The notes under the pieces: model-generated
The model's database searches: none
What the model was told of the DNA's origin: nothing
Seen by the model: only the letters and a program-made list of their open reading frames with translations
Translations under genes and position numbers: made by a program
In this document: one piece after another, positions 51,961 to 64,000 of the stretch
Layout: each line of letters starts with the position of its first letter
Position numbering within the stretch: position 1 is the first letter of the stretch
Origin: Octopus sinensis
Taxonomy: Eukaryota
Reading direction: 5' to 3'
Assembly (NCBI RefSeq): GCF_006345805.1
Contig: NC_043002.1
Span: 47,554,001 to 47,618,000, forward strand
DNA length: 64,000 nt

Positions 51961-54900
51961 CTGTGATATATATTTATATACAGTATACAATAAAGAATTC
52001 GCAATAAAATTCATATTAAAATGAGCAGATACATTGCAATAGCATTTCATGATATATGAGAAATACAAATAAGTGCTTATACATAATGCTAACTATGGAA
52101 AATATCAATAAAAATGAAATAAAAATTCATATAACATATACTATAGTTACTGGAAAAAACCAGAGCCACTTATGATATTAATTCCAAAAATATTCTAGGT
52201 ATAAAATATCATCTGAACTTATCTCTTTGCCAAAATACTATTACAATACTATTTTGTATGATATATGAAACATATCTGGTAGTTTTCTGTAAAAAGTATT
52301 GAAAATAACATAAAATTTATTTTAAAAAAAATCAGACATTTATTTCCCACATGACAGCAGCAAATGTCATAATGTGTTATATATTGGTGAAATTTACACA
52401 ATTCTAAGCAGACTCTTAACAATTCAATTCTAGCAAAGACTACCTTATATTTTTATAAAGTTCTCAAATGCAAACTATGAATAGTTTGGAAAACTATATA
52501 ACTATTTCACACAAAATCATTTAAAAAAAATAGATAAAAAATATTAAAGTAGTAAAAATTGAATTCTAGTCCTTAAAAATCCTAATAGCTGAGAAATGAA
52601 CTACAACTTACATGGAATAACAGTAAAACTATAACTCCATACATTACAAAATTATTTGACTTGTTACACATGACTTGTGCCTTTATAGTTTTTACATGCA
52701 CCCAGAAAATATGTGAATGCCATTAGAGTGATAGAGAAAAATAAAAATTTCCTATTTTTAAATCCAGAATATATGCACACATATATGTTCATGTGTAAGT
52801 GAACATATTTACACTCACAGTTAAATGTATTGCATTGAAAGTAAATAAACTGGACAAAATGCTGAAGCTTCAGTACCCCAATAAGAGCTTCTATACAATG
52901 GTTTCTACAAGCACAATAGGGAAGGTTTGTAATAATACATTGTAAATATAAATGTTGTATACAGTTTGTATAAAACATAATATGTTGTATAACATATAAA
53001 TAAAAATTGTTATCTGAAAGTGAAAATTCAAGTTTTTCAGAACATTAATAGAGTTATGAAGGTTATGATGTGCTATGGTTTAATATATAAAAGTCAGAAT
53101 GAAATTAAAACAATATCACATCAATAAAACAGGGAAAATTAAAACAGGTAAATTCTTAATGAGACCCAGTTAAGTATAATGAATTTACATGTGGTTCCCT
53201 CTGTCTGTGGCTGTTAATAACAGAGAGATTACCGTCCCCTCACAAAACAAGACAAAATCCAAAATTTAAATTTGAAATTAAGGAATGGAAAGAAGATGCA
53301 TAGAGTTCATGTATTTAATTTCTTTACCCATTACAAAGCTCTTAGAATTTCCATTTAGAGGTTATCATGAATAGAACTATTTCATTCTTTTAAAAACATC
53401 TTCTGTATGATTTAATCTATAACTTATTAATTACAAAAAGAAACATTTCTTTATAATTCAAGATGAAATTAATTACAATCCGGGGAAATTCTTTGAATGT
53501 ATTTTTTGTTCTTCATAGAGCATAGGTAGTTTAGGAAGCAAAGGAAAGAGAGAACATTCTTAGTGTTTAGCTACAAAATAATAGCTGCTTCCAGAGGGAA
53601 CTTGATATTGAGAAAGTTCAGTTGTCCAAGAAAATCTAGTCACCACAATCTTGAAAATTATAAAAGATTTGGAACTTTGTACCAAATCTTTCTCTCTCAT
53701 TGCCTAAAATTTCATCTTATGCTCTCAATTTCTCCCCTTTAATATCTTTAATGCTTCAAAATAACAGATTCTGTATTTGTCTCGGTCTTACATTAAGTAT
53801 CCTTATATCACTTCCTTTTGTTATTTGCTTCCTATACTCCCTCCCTTTTCATTGTTGTCTTCTACATTGGTTTATTGAATTAATCTGGTGATGAGCACTA
53901 GAATCTGCTGAGTTAAATGAGCATATATTTATTAATATACTTGTGTATAGATATATGCATAAAAATATGCAATAAACATTTCCATGATTTTCTGTATAAA
54001 ATCATAAACACACATACAACACACACACACACACATACACACACACACACCCTGCTTCCATCTCTTAAATTCAATATAATAATGAGTTGGGATCTACTTC
54101 TTACAAAATAACTCTGGCTCTATCTATAATATTACTCTTCCAAGTTTCTTAACAGAAAATAATATCTATTGTATGAGTTAAGAGAATACTTTTAAAATGG
54201 TCTCTAAATTTTAAGAGATTTACATTAGGTAATTATATAAATGATACTAAATATCTCTGGTATCATCTGTTATCTAGCTACATTGAAGTATATTAAAGGA
54301 TTAAACACACAGAGCATTATGCTAGTTAGCTCTTTGACCAGTTAATTACACTGCATTTCTTATCTGGTTATTTAAATCTATTCTCTGAATCAATCTTTTA
54401 TTGCTTTTCACAGGAAATTAAGAAACAAATTTTGCATTAGAAACCTTTGATTCTAAGATAATCATAAGATCAATAATAATACCATTGCCTTGTGGTTGTG
54501 TATGTATATGTGTATGCAGGCTAAGTGAGTAAATGGATAAGATATTGGAGAAATAGTACATGTTTTGAGACTTAAAATCCATTACAAACATAATGACTTG
54601 CCTTCATTCACATAGTTGTTTGGAATAAGCGGGCTGATTTTTTAGGAGTATTACCTGTACATTGTATTGAAAGAAACTGGAGAAGTTATTTAATTTAGTT
54701 CATTTAATGCCAATGAGTCCAGTGGTAAGAACTTTTATAAAATTGGATCTTTATAGACAATACACACACACGCGATATATATATATATATATCAAAATGT
54801 ACACATTAAGGCAGACACATCATCATCATCATCATCATTTAACATTTGTTGTCATGCTGGCATGGACACAGCAACAAATATTTATAAATTAACAAAATAG

Positions 54901-55199
54901 AACATTTTTGAAATGATGAACAATGTTATTGTTTAGTCAAAGCTGGTTTATGATAAAAAGTTTTCTAAGTATGGCTATACCAGCATTTATTTTTCAGGCA
55001 GAGTATCTCCCATATATATATCCTGTGTATCCTTCCTTTTTTAAAAGAGGGTAGTATGTGACTGAGGGGTAATTTTGCTATTATTTCTAACAGGCTCAGT
55101 GACCATGTAAAGGATACCTCAATGGCACATGAAATGAACATATATTTAAGATGGTATTTCAAATAGGTTATTAAAACAAATTTAAGGTAAGTATATTTC

Positions 55200-55457
55200 G
55201 ATATTGACTACTGGAAATGCCACAGGAAAGAATTGCAAAACAGATTTTTCAAGTTGAGCCAACTGGCAAGGGACCTAGAGGTAGACCATAAGAAAGATGG
55301 TCGCATAATAACCATAGTCTCACTTGGTCATGCTTGGGAAACAAGTAGGAAACTTTAAAGACAGATAGTTCTGATAGGATCCTATGGAGAGGTGCCTGAG
55401 AGCTCTACTCCCATGACCCTCCCATGAACAGCGAGTAGTAAAAATGGATGGATGGAA
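55200..55457 (+). mobile_element. RTE-clade LINE 3' end fragment
   Basis: ERIAKQIFQVEPTGKGPRGRP*ERW...DRILWRG and an (ATGG)n tail. Confidence 0.65.
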
Positions 55458-58400
55458 CTAGTAAGTAAATAATTTCATGAGTGCATTCAATTTTCTGTAT
55501 CAGTTTATAAATTCGAATTTTGTAATTTCCAAATATGTTGAAGTAGAATTACTTTGTTAACTGAAGATATTGCTATTCATCTATTTCGATAACGACAATA
55601 ATTTTTTATGTCTTTTATATAATGCTATTTTATGATGCAGATGATGATTATGATAAACATTTTCATTGCTGAGATTCTGTTCTTTCATCCAGTCAGAAGC
55701 TGGTGCCAGTATTCTCAGTAGCAACACAGGGTAGTAAAAGCAAATTATTGTTATTACACACTCCATTATTAGTAGCAAAGAAATCCTGGCAAACAGAGCA
55801 GAATTATTTTACAGCTTTTAATTTGTGATGCTTTTTCAAAGGCCATGAGAGGAGGAGTGACTTACAACAGTTAACTTTAGAGATGACAATAGAGTCAACA
55901 ACAATATTAGTCTGATACTGTGAGAGAAATATTCTGTTTCTTAAAAAAGACAAAACAGAATAAACAAATATCACTTCTGGCATACATGAATGATTGATCA
56001 ACTGATTGATATGCTGGCTAAAGGCCATGTATTTATGTAATATAACACTTATAGGCTATATGAAAGTCTCTACCACAAAGATAGATCTTCCAATAATAGA
56101 TTCAGTATGGTCCCAAGAGGAAAACAACAAAATTATAGCAAATTTTGTCAGATTTAGTTGGAGACAGCAATTATATTTCCATTTATTGATAACTTTAATA
56201 ATGACTGGAAAATTACTATTGAATTTTGTGCAGATGTGAAGATGTGGAATGTATCAATGACTTGATAGCTGTCAGTGTTAATGTGCAAATTGAAACACAA
56301 ATATTAATGCTACAGAATGTAATGGAAAAAATGAGTATCAAAGAGGATTGGTTCCCAATGCTAAACCTTAATGTACACCATGCAATATAGTTAGTGTTTG
56401 TGATGTGGTCTCATTTAATAACAATTTGAGTGATATTTTAGATAAAAGGTGATTAATTCTGATAGTAAATTGGTCAGTCATTCAAAAGAATCTCACAATC
56501 AACTGAATAGTAATCAACATAGTAGATTGATACCTTGTTGTTGCTGTGCCAGCCCTGATGAAGCAGGCACAAGACCAAGGGGTTGTAGATAGATGTAATG
56601 TATCTATGACTGCATTATCTAATATGTCCTTTTTTAAGGCCCAAGGGCAATATTTGACAGTGATTTGGTTGACATTTCTAGTAGGTCAAGTGTCTACAGA
56701 GAAGCTCCATCATTGGGTCAGGTAGATTGATATTATAGGATATTTAGATCTCTTTATAAGTGCTGCTACTACTTAACTCCAGATTAACTTAACTTGGCTG
56801 AGAAGCCTTATAAGCCATGATAGGGCATTGCACAACTTGGATCACATTATTGAATGTTTTGAAGACTCTGGCAGTGAAATTTGATATAGATTTGGCTGCT
56901 AGTTCAAGTAGTTCAACTAGCTACATATAGGTTCTGTTGCAAAACTTGTGTAGCAATGACTTTATTAAAGGTTATTCTTCATAATTATTTTTATAAACAT
57001 TGGCATATAATGTTAGTGATACAACCTTATTAATCAGACTAAGGACCTGTTATTCTAAATACTTTTTTGATTTGATGATTTGCAGCCTTCACAATCAACC
57101 AATATATAAGAAATTCAATATTAGCTAAAATTTCCCAAATGTGTTTTATCATTTGGTAAATTATATTAATTATAGGAACTTTTGGCCCCCACTAATATGT
57201 TTTAGTAAATAAATCCATAATTCCAACAAAACAAGCAATATAGCAGGCATTAAAGTTTTGAAAAGAGGTGAATGAAATTTATATAGGAGTTAGTAAATAC
57301 CATTTTTTACTAACATGAAGACAACTTTCTTTTAACTTTTATGAAGCATTTGACTCAAATGAAAACAAAAAGTCAGCGAAATATGAATACCAATAACGAT
57401 TATTTAAATAAATTTGGTCATAGCTGCCCAATTTCTGACAGAAAGCTGGTACAAAGAGTTAATGGTGATGAACACTTATGGTGAAAGTAGACAAAAAAAT
57501 AACTTGCGAGGAGAGGGGATTTGGTCAAGGTATGAAAATGTTAAATCACAAAGATGAGATGGTGGAAATTGAAGATAGGCAGAAAGATTCAGCCTTATTA
57601 ATCGATCCAAACAACAATAATGAAGATGATAGTATAATAATAATTACACAGAAAGATTGAATCATTTGATATCAGTGATAACTGATAAACTTTTATACTA
57701 ATTAAAACAATAACTTGTTCAATATGCAGCAGATGTTTCTCCATGATATTGTTAACCTATTTGTTAATATCAAAACCAACTTTCACATTAATCTACCATT
57801 GCTATGGTGGTTATAACTGATGATTGTTTCTCTATAATAGACATATTTTGAGACATTTGAAGAACAAAATATTTCAAGGCAAAATGTAAAATATGGATGC
57901 TTCTGATCAACTGAAAGAACTTTCAATAATTGGTGCTTACTTCTCACTTCATTGAATGAGATGGATCAGACATAAGTATCATTCAGGATAGGATGCCTGT
58001 CTACCAAGGGAAAAAGAAATCCTAGGTATAAGAGGTACACAATTTTGACAGCTAAGTGAAGTGAGGCAATTTAGAATAAGACAATGTTTTGCTTGCCTAT
58101 AATAAATTTGAATTTATGACCTATGAGTAACTAGTTCAATATTTTCTTCATTCAGCTTTTCTGCTGCAACAATATTTCTATATTGCAGTATTCATTGTAA
58201 TCTCATCTGTAATATCAAATTTACATGATCTAATATAATCACTTTATTCCAAAGATTCATTCAACTACTTCATACTATCATATAGTACTTTAAAAGTTGT
58301 ATTGCATCATTCATGACCATAAATATAAAATGTCTGACTCATTAGTTTGTTTCATATTGCAACTTTCAAAGTTGTTTAATTGTTTGTCTTATTTGTTAGA

Positions 58401-59829
58401 AATATCACATCTCTAGTACAAAACATCTTCATATGTGGTTATAGTTTATTTCACAAAGCAAATTCCAAAGTTCTTCAGTTGTTTCTTGTGTTTATTAAAA
58501 ATTGCAATACTCAGTTCTACCTTTTAATACGAAACAAAATAATATTGTAGCTAGTGACTATGATCATTTTTTTTCACTCTCTAGTCAGAATAAAGTCAAT
58601 ACAACTCTTAATTCACATGATTTGCTTTAATGGCTTTCTGAATTGGTGTCAAAAACATTTCTTTTGTTATGGATATAACTTCTCGGTTTATTATAGAACC
58701 ACTTTGACATTTACACATATACATACTGGAATTTCTATTTGTGATTATGATTTTTATTTAATTTACTCTTGTGTAACTTTTCATAGTTTTCTTGAGTTTT
58801 AGGCTTTTTGCAAGTCTAACTTGGTATGTATCAAGTGTATGAAATTATTGTAGTCAACATTGTATACCAATAACCTAAGCAATATTATTCTATTTGCAAT
58901 TACTTCTATCTATTTCTCTGTTACTACTAAATCTTCACACCTTCATTATTATATTTATATCCCTTAGAACAGGAAATGGAATCGTTTATTTATCAGACTA
59001 AATGTTTTATAATAACTGATTTTATATCTGTGTTTGAAGTTCAAATTTTGCTCGGTTTTGACTCTGTCACACATCTACCTAGATTTTATAAAATACAAGG
59101 CAACCCATGACCTGTTGGGTCACCAATAATTCAAGATACTGGGAAAGTCTGAGATTCTCAGCAATAGGGTTTCATTTCATGTGCTTTTCTTCTTTCCAGG
59201 TTATTTTGCATGCTTTCAACGAATGTGACATCAAAATCACACGTAAAGGAAAGATTTGGTTGTTATTTCTTGCATGTAACAAGTATTTTGGATCCTTTAT
59301 CGCAACTAGCTGTGGTAGCAGGGTGTGCTTGAAGAAGCAACCAAATCTTTGGAGGTGAGATACGTTAAATGCACTTGAAAGAAACCTATAGAAGAAACTA
59401 TTTCACACCAAGGCTATGAACAGGTCCTTTACAAAATGTTTACTGTAATTTTCACTTAAAAATATTTTGCCCATCATAATGTGTCAAATGGAAAGGTTAG
59501 AGTTTCTTCCCTTCTAGGGTTAAGTTATTTTCAGAGTATTTTCCCATTATGCACTGTTTTGGGTATTTATACCCTCAATCTCTTAATAACCACTAGTTCG
59601 ATTTACACGAAACTTGGTTTATTCTATTTGTATTCAGATTTCAGGTTTTAGATCAATGTGAAAGGTCAATATCCATTCTTCAAAATATCTATTTAAAGTA
59701 TTTTATTCAAATGCTTCTTGCTATTGTTCATCTGCATTTCAGCTCTTGCTCATTGACAACAGTTACAAGTGTTCTAACATTCATAATAATCTGTGTTGCA
59801 ATGCTTCCTTTTCCTATATAATATTCCTG

Positions 59830-60000
59830 GTACTGGTGCCACAAAAAGAGGCCCCCAATACAGTCTGTAAAGTGGTTGGTTTTAGAAAGGCCATCCAACT
59901 GTGGAAATCATGCTAAAGCAGACAGAACAGTATAGCACAGTCCTTTTGCTTGCCAACTCCTGTCAAGCTGTACAACTCATTCTAGCATGGAAGGCAAAAA
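59830..60000 (+). mobile_element. RTE 3'-end-derived element, degenerate
   Basis: GTGGTTGGTTTTAGAAAGGCCATCCAACTGTGGAAATC...TCTAGCATGGAAGG. Confidence 0.55.
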
Positions 60001-63000
60001 TTGGACAAAATGCCTTATGATATTGGTTCTGGGTTTTACACTCTGAGTTAAAATCCTGCCTGGGTTAAATTTGGTTTTTGTCCTACCAGAGTCAAATAAA
60101 CTATCAGCTCAGGGGTGTGGACTGATATAATTGTTTGAGCACTGGACAAAATGCTCTTTGCATTCTGAGTCCCCAGACAGGTATGGTGAAGTTGTCCTTA
60201 CTTTAGCTATACTCATCCTAGAAATGATTTTTATAGTGAAAAATTCTGTAAAGGTTATCCAGACCTTCCTAGAGGGCACCAATTTTAAAGGCAAAGTTGA
60301 AACATTATTTTCAGTTATTTAATCTCAAGTCATCCTGGATCATCCTATCTTTTTATAGATCAGGGACCACATTACTTGATAAGTACTTGCTTTTTTAAAT
60401 GATACTAAGGTATGATTTGTTTCATATATGCCTGCTATCAATGGCTGGTTGATCATCTAAATAGAGGTGCCTGTTTGGTTCATTTTCTAAACATTTCCTC
60501 TCTATCAATGTAAATTTCATATTTACAGAGTCATTGCAATGTTTAAAAGCAGTTCTAAACCCTTTCTCCAATATAATTTAAAACACTTTAAACTGAATTA
60601 GATTACTCTCAGTTAAAGCTAATGACACATCTCATCATATGTTACCTCTAAGTATATTTAAGTATAATATCATATGTCTTATAACAAAAGTTTTTGGTAG
60701 AAATTTTGATACATAATTTTTTTTATAGTAATGGATGCACTTCTCTACACTATAATGAACCAGAGTTGTCAGTGGCTGTCTTTCAAAATTTTCAGGCAAA
60801 TTGAAATACATGTCTTGTCTCCTTATTACTTTTTACAATCTACTGAATAATTCATTTCAAAACCTATTTTGAATAGCAATGTATGTATTTGTTATATTCA
60901 GAACATAAATTTAAATCACACAAAAGCATATCAACTGATGAGAACTTGCAGCTAAATGATATACTTTGGAGAATTTTCAACCTATAGTGCCCCAAAATAT
61001 TGATGGTATCAACATAGGGTGTTCTATTCTGTCTTTGCTTCAAGATATATTGCATGCTACATGACAGGTAACTTTCCTTTGAGATCAAATATTTGTAGGA
61101 TCATATTATCTTGGCTTGCACAACCAAGAGATCTAGTCCCAAGACATTCCCCATTACTTTCAAAATAGGAATGAAAGGTTAAAAGGGGAAAAAATCAAAG
61201 TCATTGACAAACATCAAATCAATGTATTGAAATAGAAAGGTTCTTAGGCTGACTTCGCACTATACTACAAATAAGTATAAGAAACAGGAAAAAATTCCTA
61301 GAAAATTAACAGATTCAGATGAGCACAACTTTCTGCAGGATAAGTCAAAGTAAAAATAAAATCTAAAAGCATGAATGAATCTTCTGAAGAGATGACAGCA
61401 TCATGGAGAACTTGTGAAATAAGTATATGCTTGAAGAATATATTGGGCGCATATATTATAATGGAATGAACTAGAATTACCTCTTGTTAGAAGGTTTTAT
61501 GTGTTGTTGTGTATGTCAGATGAAGAGTCACAATGGTTGAGACCAGTGAACATATGATGGCATAGAAAAACAAATATAAAATGGTGAGAAAGATGTTGAA
61601 TACACACACACACATATATATAGGGGCATGATGATCTCACTAATTTTGGTGCTTTGATAAAAGACATCTAGTACACTCTTTAAAATGGTTGGTATTAAAA
61701 ATGGTATCTAGCTGTAGAAATTAATGGGAATATATGAGCAAGATGTATTCTGACCTGCCTAAGAGGATAGTAACTCTGAATGAGAAATGACTCTGAGTGT
61801 AACAACTCATCTAACCTATACCAGCAAAGGAAGTGCACTTGAAAATAATGATGATATATTATCTGCAAGTAGTACTACAAACAAAAATAAGAATACTAAA
61901 TATATCTTGTAGATAAATGATGTTATCAATGTTGATTACTTTTCTGTTAAGTTCCTTGCTGAGTTAGCCATCCTCAAAGGAGAAACTTGAAGTGAAAGAA
62001 AAACAATCACCTTCACCAACAATATGTGTGTGTATGTGTCTATGTGTATGTTGCCCTTAATGAATGTCAGGGGAAAAATATTGTTTTGAAGAATTTATAA
62101 TTTGTTATGATTTGTAACTGAGAATTTCAGTCTAATCTGTAATTTTTGTAAGCTAAATCCATGTTTTCCATATTTTAGTGAAATGATAAATTGGTCTGCT
62201 AGAGTGTTTACTTGTTTCTGTGCTTCATTAATAAACATTGTATTTTGTGAATGGCATTAACAAGTTGAATGTGGTGTCTAGAATGTTAGTGTTTAATATC
62301 TGATGGCTTTATTGAGCTTCACATATAATAGTTTTCAAACTAGATTCTGAAGAAGTGTTAATTTTTACAAGAACTTGATAAGATTTCCTATGGGATTGAG
62401 CAGATGACTACTGAAGAGAAATAGCATATAACCTTATTCATTTAATAGCATTCATTAAGCTAATTCAGTGGTGATATTAAATATTAAATGTATGTTGTAG
62501 TCCAGATCCTTAAATAAGCTGCAATTTATGAAACTATGGCACAGGTAAATTTCTGTTGATAAATGATATATTAGCCAAATTTCCTGAAAATAGAGAGCCA
62601 GTCATGAAATCATGTCTTTTGTGTTGTGATTTGTCAATGTGTATGTATGAGTGCATATATATAAATATAGTATTTATATATGCGCTATCTATAATCATCC
62701 CATCTTTAGTATAGACCTACTTTAGGATGTTAAAAGAAACCAGCCATCATTGTAAAGATAATAGGGAGTGTTAGTAGTGGATTTGACAGCTACATCTATT
62801 CAAGTCTAAAAGACAATACAGATATGTTACTAACTCTTAAATATACTGCTTCTAAAGGTTTAATAAGGTTGATATCCAAATTATGATTTAGAGTTTTGGT
62901 TTTTATTACAAAATAAATTACTGAGATAAACTGTGACAAAAGAGTAATAAAAACATGTTTTCCTTTTGTTATTTACTCCTTAATATAACCTAAGTGCTTT

Positions 63001-64000
63001 AGCTTGTCTATTATAATCAATGATGTAGAAAAAAATTTTAATATTACTGTTTTTTGAGAATATAATTAATTAGGGTTTAGGAATATGTTGCAGCTGTTTT
63101 ACATAGTTGAAGTAGTTAGTAAAAAAGCTTATTTTATTTTATATAAAAATACATATCAGGCTGTGTCATAATTTGATTATATTTCATTTATCAACACGAA
63201 ACATCATTATATATATGACAATGATGATGATAAGAAGGAGAAAAGAGTAGAGAGATGGGAAGAGAAATATAGTGTATGACTGAACAGCTGAAGCAAGATA
63301 CAATGAGGAAACAGAGCAAAAGAAATAAGAAGAAGAAAAAATAATGAAAGTTAATGATACTATAGAACTATACATAACACACACACACACACAAATACAT
63401 ACATGTGCCTACATGCACATATGTATATAAATAAAAGCACACTCATCTAAGTGGATAGAATAAACTACCAGCAACAGAATTCAGCTGTTCATGTTCTATT
63501 ATTGGCTCTGTGTTTTGATAACCAAGGCCACATTATTTAGCATTGAAATGGCTCAGTTCACTCATCTGGGAACTGGTATAGCAGAAGGAACAAGTAACAG
63601 CTATGAACAGCAGGAGCATTGTAAAATGGATAAATGTCTCATTATATCGTAGGCTCCTGTCGGTCTAGAGAAACAACTCCAATACTCATCCCTAGACCAA
63701 AGTTCTCTGATCGTTTTAACCTCTCTTGCCATTGGATTCATCATTCACAGACACTCGCTACCAAACTGACACCATATCAGGGACTGATCGGTTCTCAAGT
63801 GATACAACACCTTTTGTTGCATTCATTATTTGAATAAAACATGTGAACACTTTGTTTTAATACTCTGAGTTCTGAAAGTTACCTCACCTCTGAATAGGTA
63901 ACCTTAGGATTTATATATATATATTTATATACATGTGTGTGTGTGTTGTGTATGCGTATATGAGAGATATGTGTGAATACATATATGATGTTTATATACA

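Overview
AT-rich, microsatellite-dense animal genomic DNA; the repeat families suggest an octopus or other coleoid cephalopod (inference). The only clear host coding sequence is one minus-strand, phase 1-1 exon (2308-2520, 213 nt) encoding a complete 10-cysteine follistatin/Kazal module of agrin type. I recognised no other exon of it, so the remaining ~61 kb is probably one large upstream intron. It is filled with tRNA-head SINEs, RTE 3'-end fragments, CR1-, R4/Dong- and RTE-like LINE remnants, an internally deleted mariner, a dead Tc1/mariner-superfamily (maT-like) element and many (TA)n/(CA)n tracts. The main find is at 44361-45180: two nearly identical 363-bp tandem units plus an inverted terminal piece, inserted in (TA)n. 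Each unit carries a minimal type I hammerhead ribozyme on the minus (host-sense) strand, with a U3-A8 swap of the core C3-G8 pair and a palindromic helix III that needs a dimer to fold. This is a retrozyme or Penelope pseudo-LTR architecture that could excise a 363-nt RNA from the host pre-mRNA. A second, unrelated foldback at 22140-22388 carries a canonical hammerhead core on the + strand, and its mirror copy has lost that core. All structures were read by eye; no folding or database search was run.
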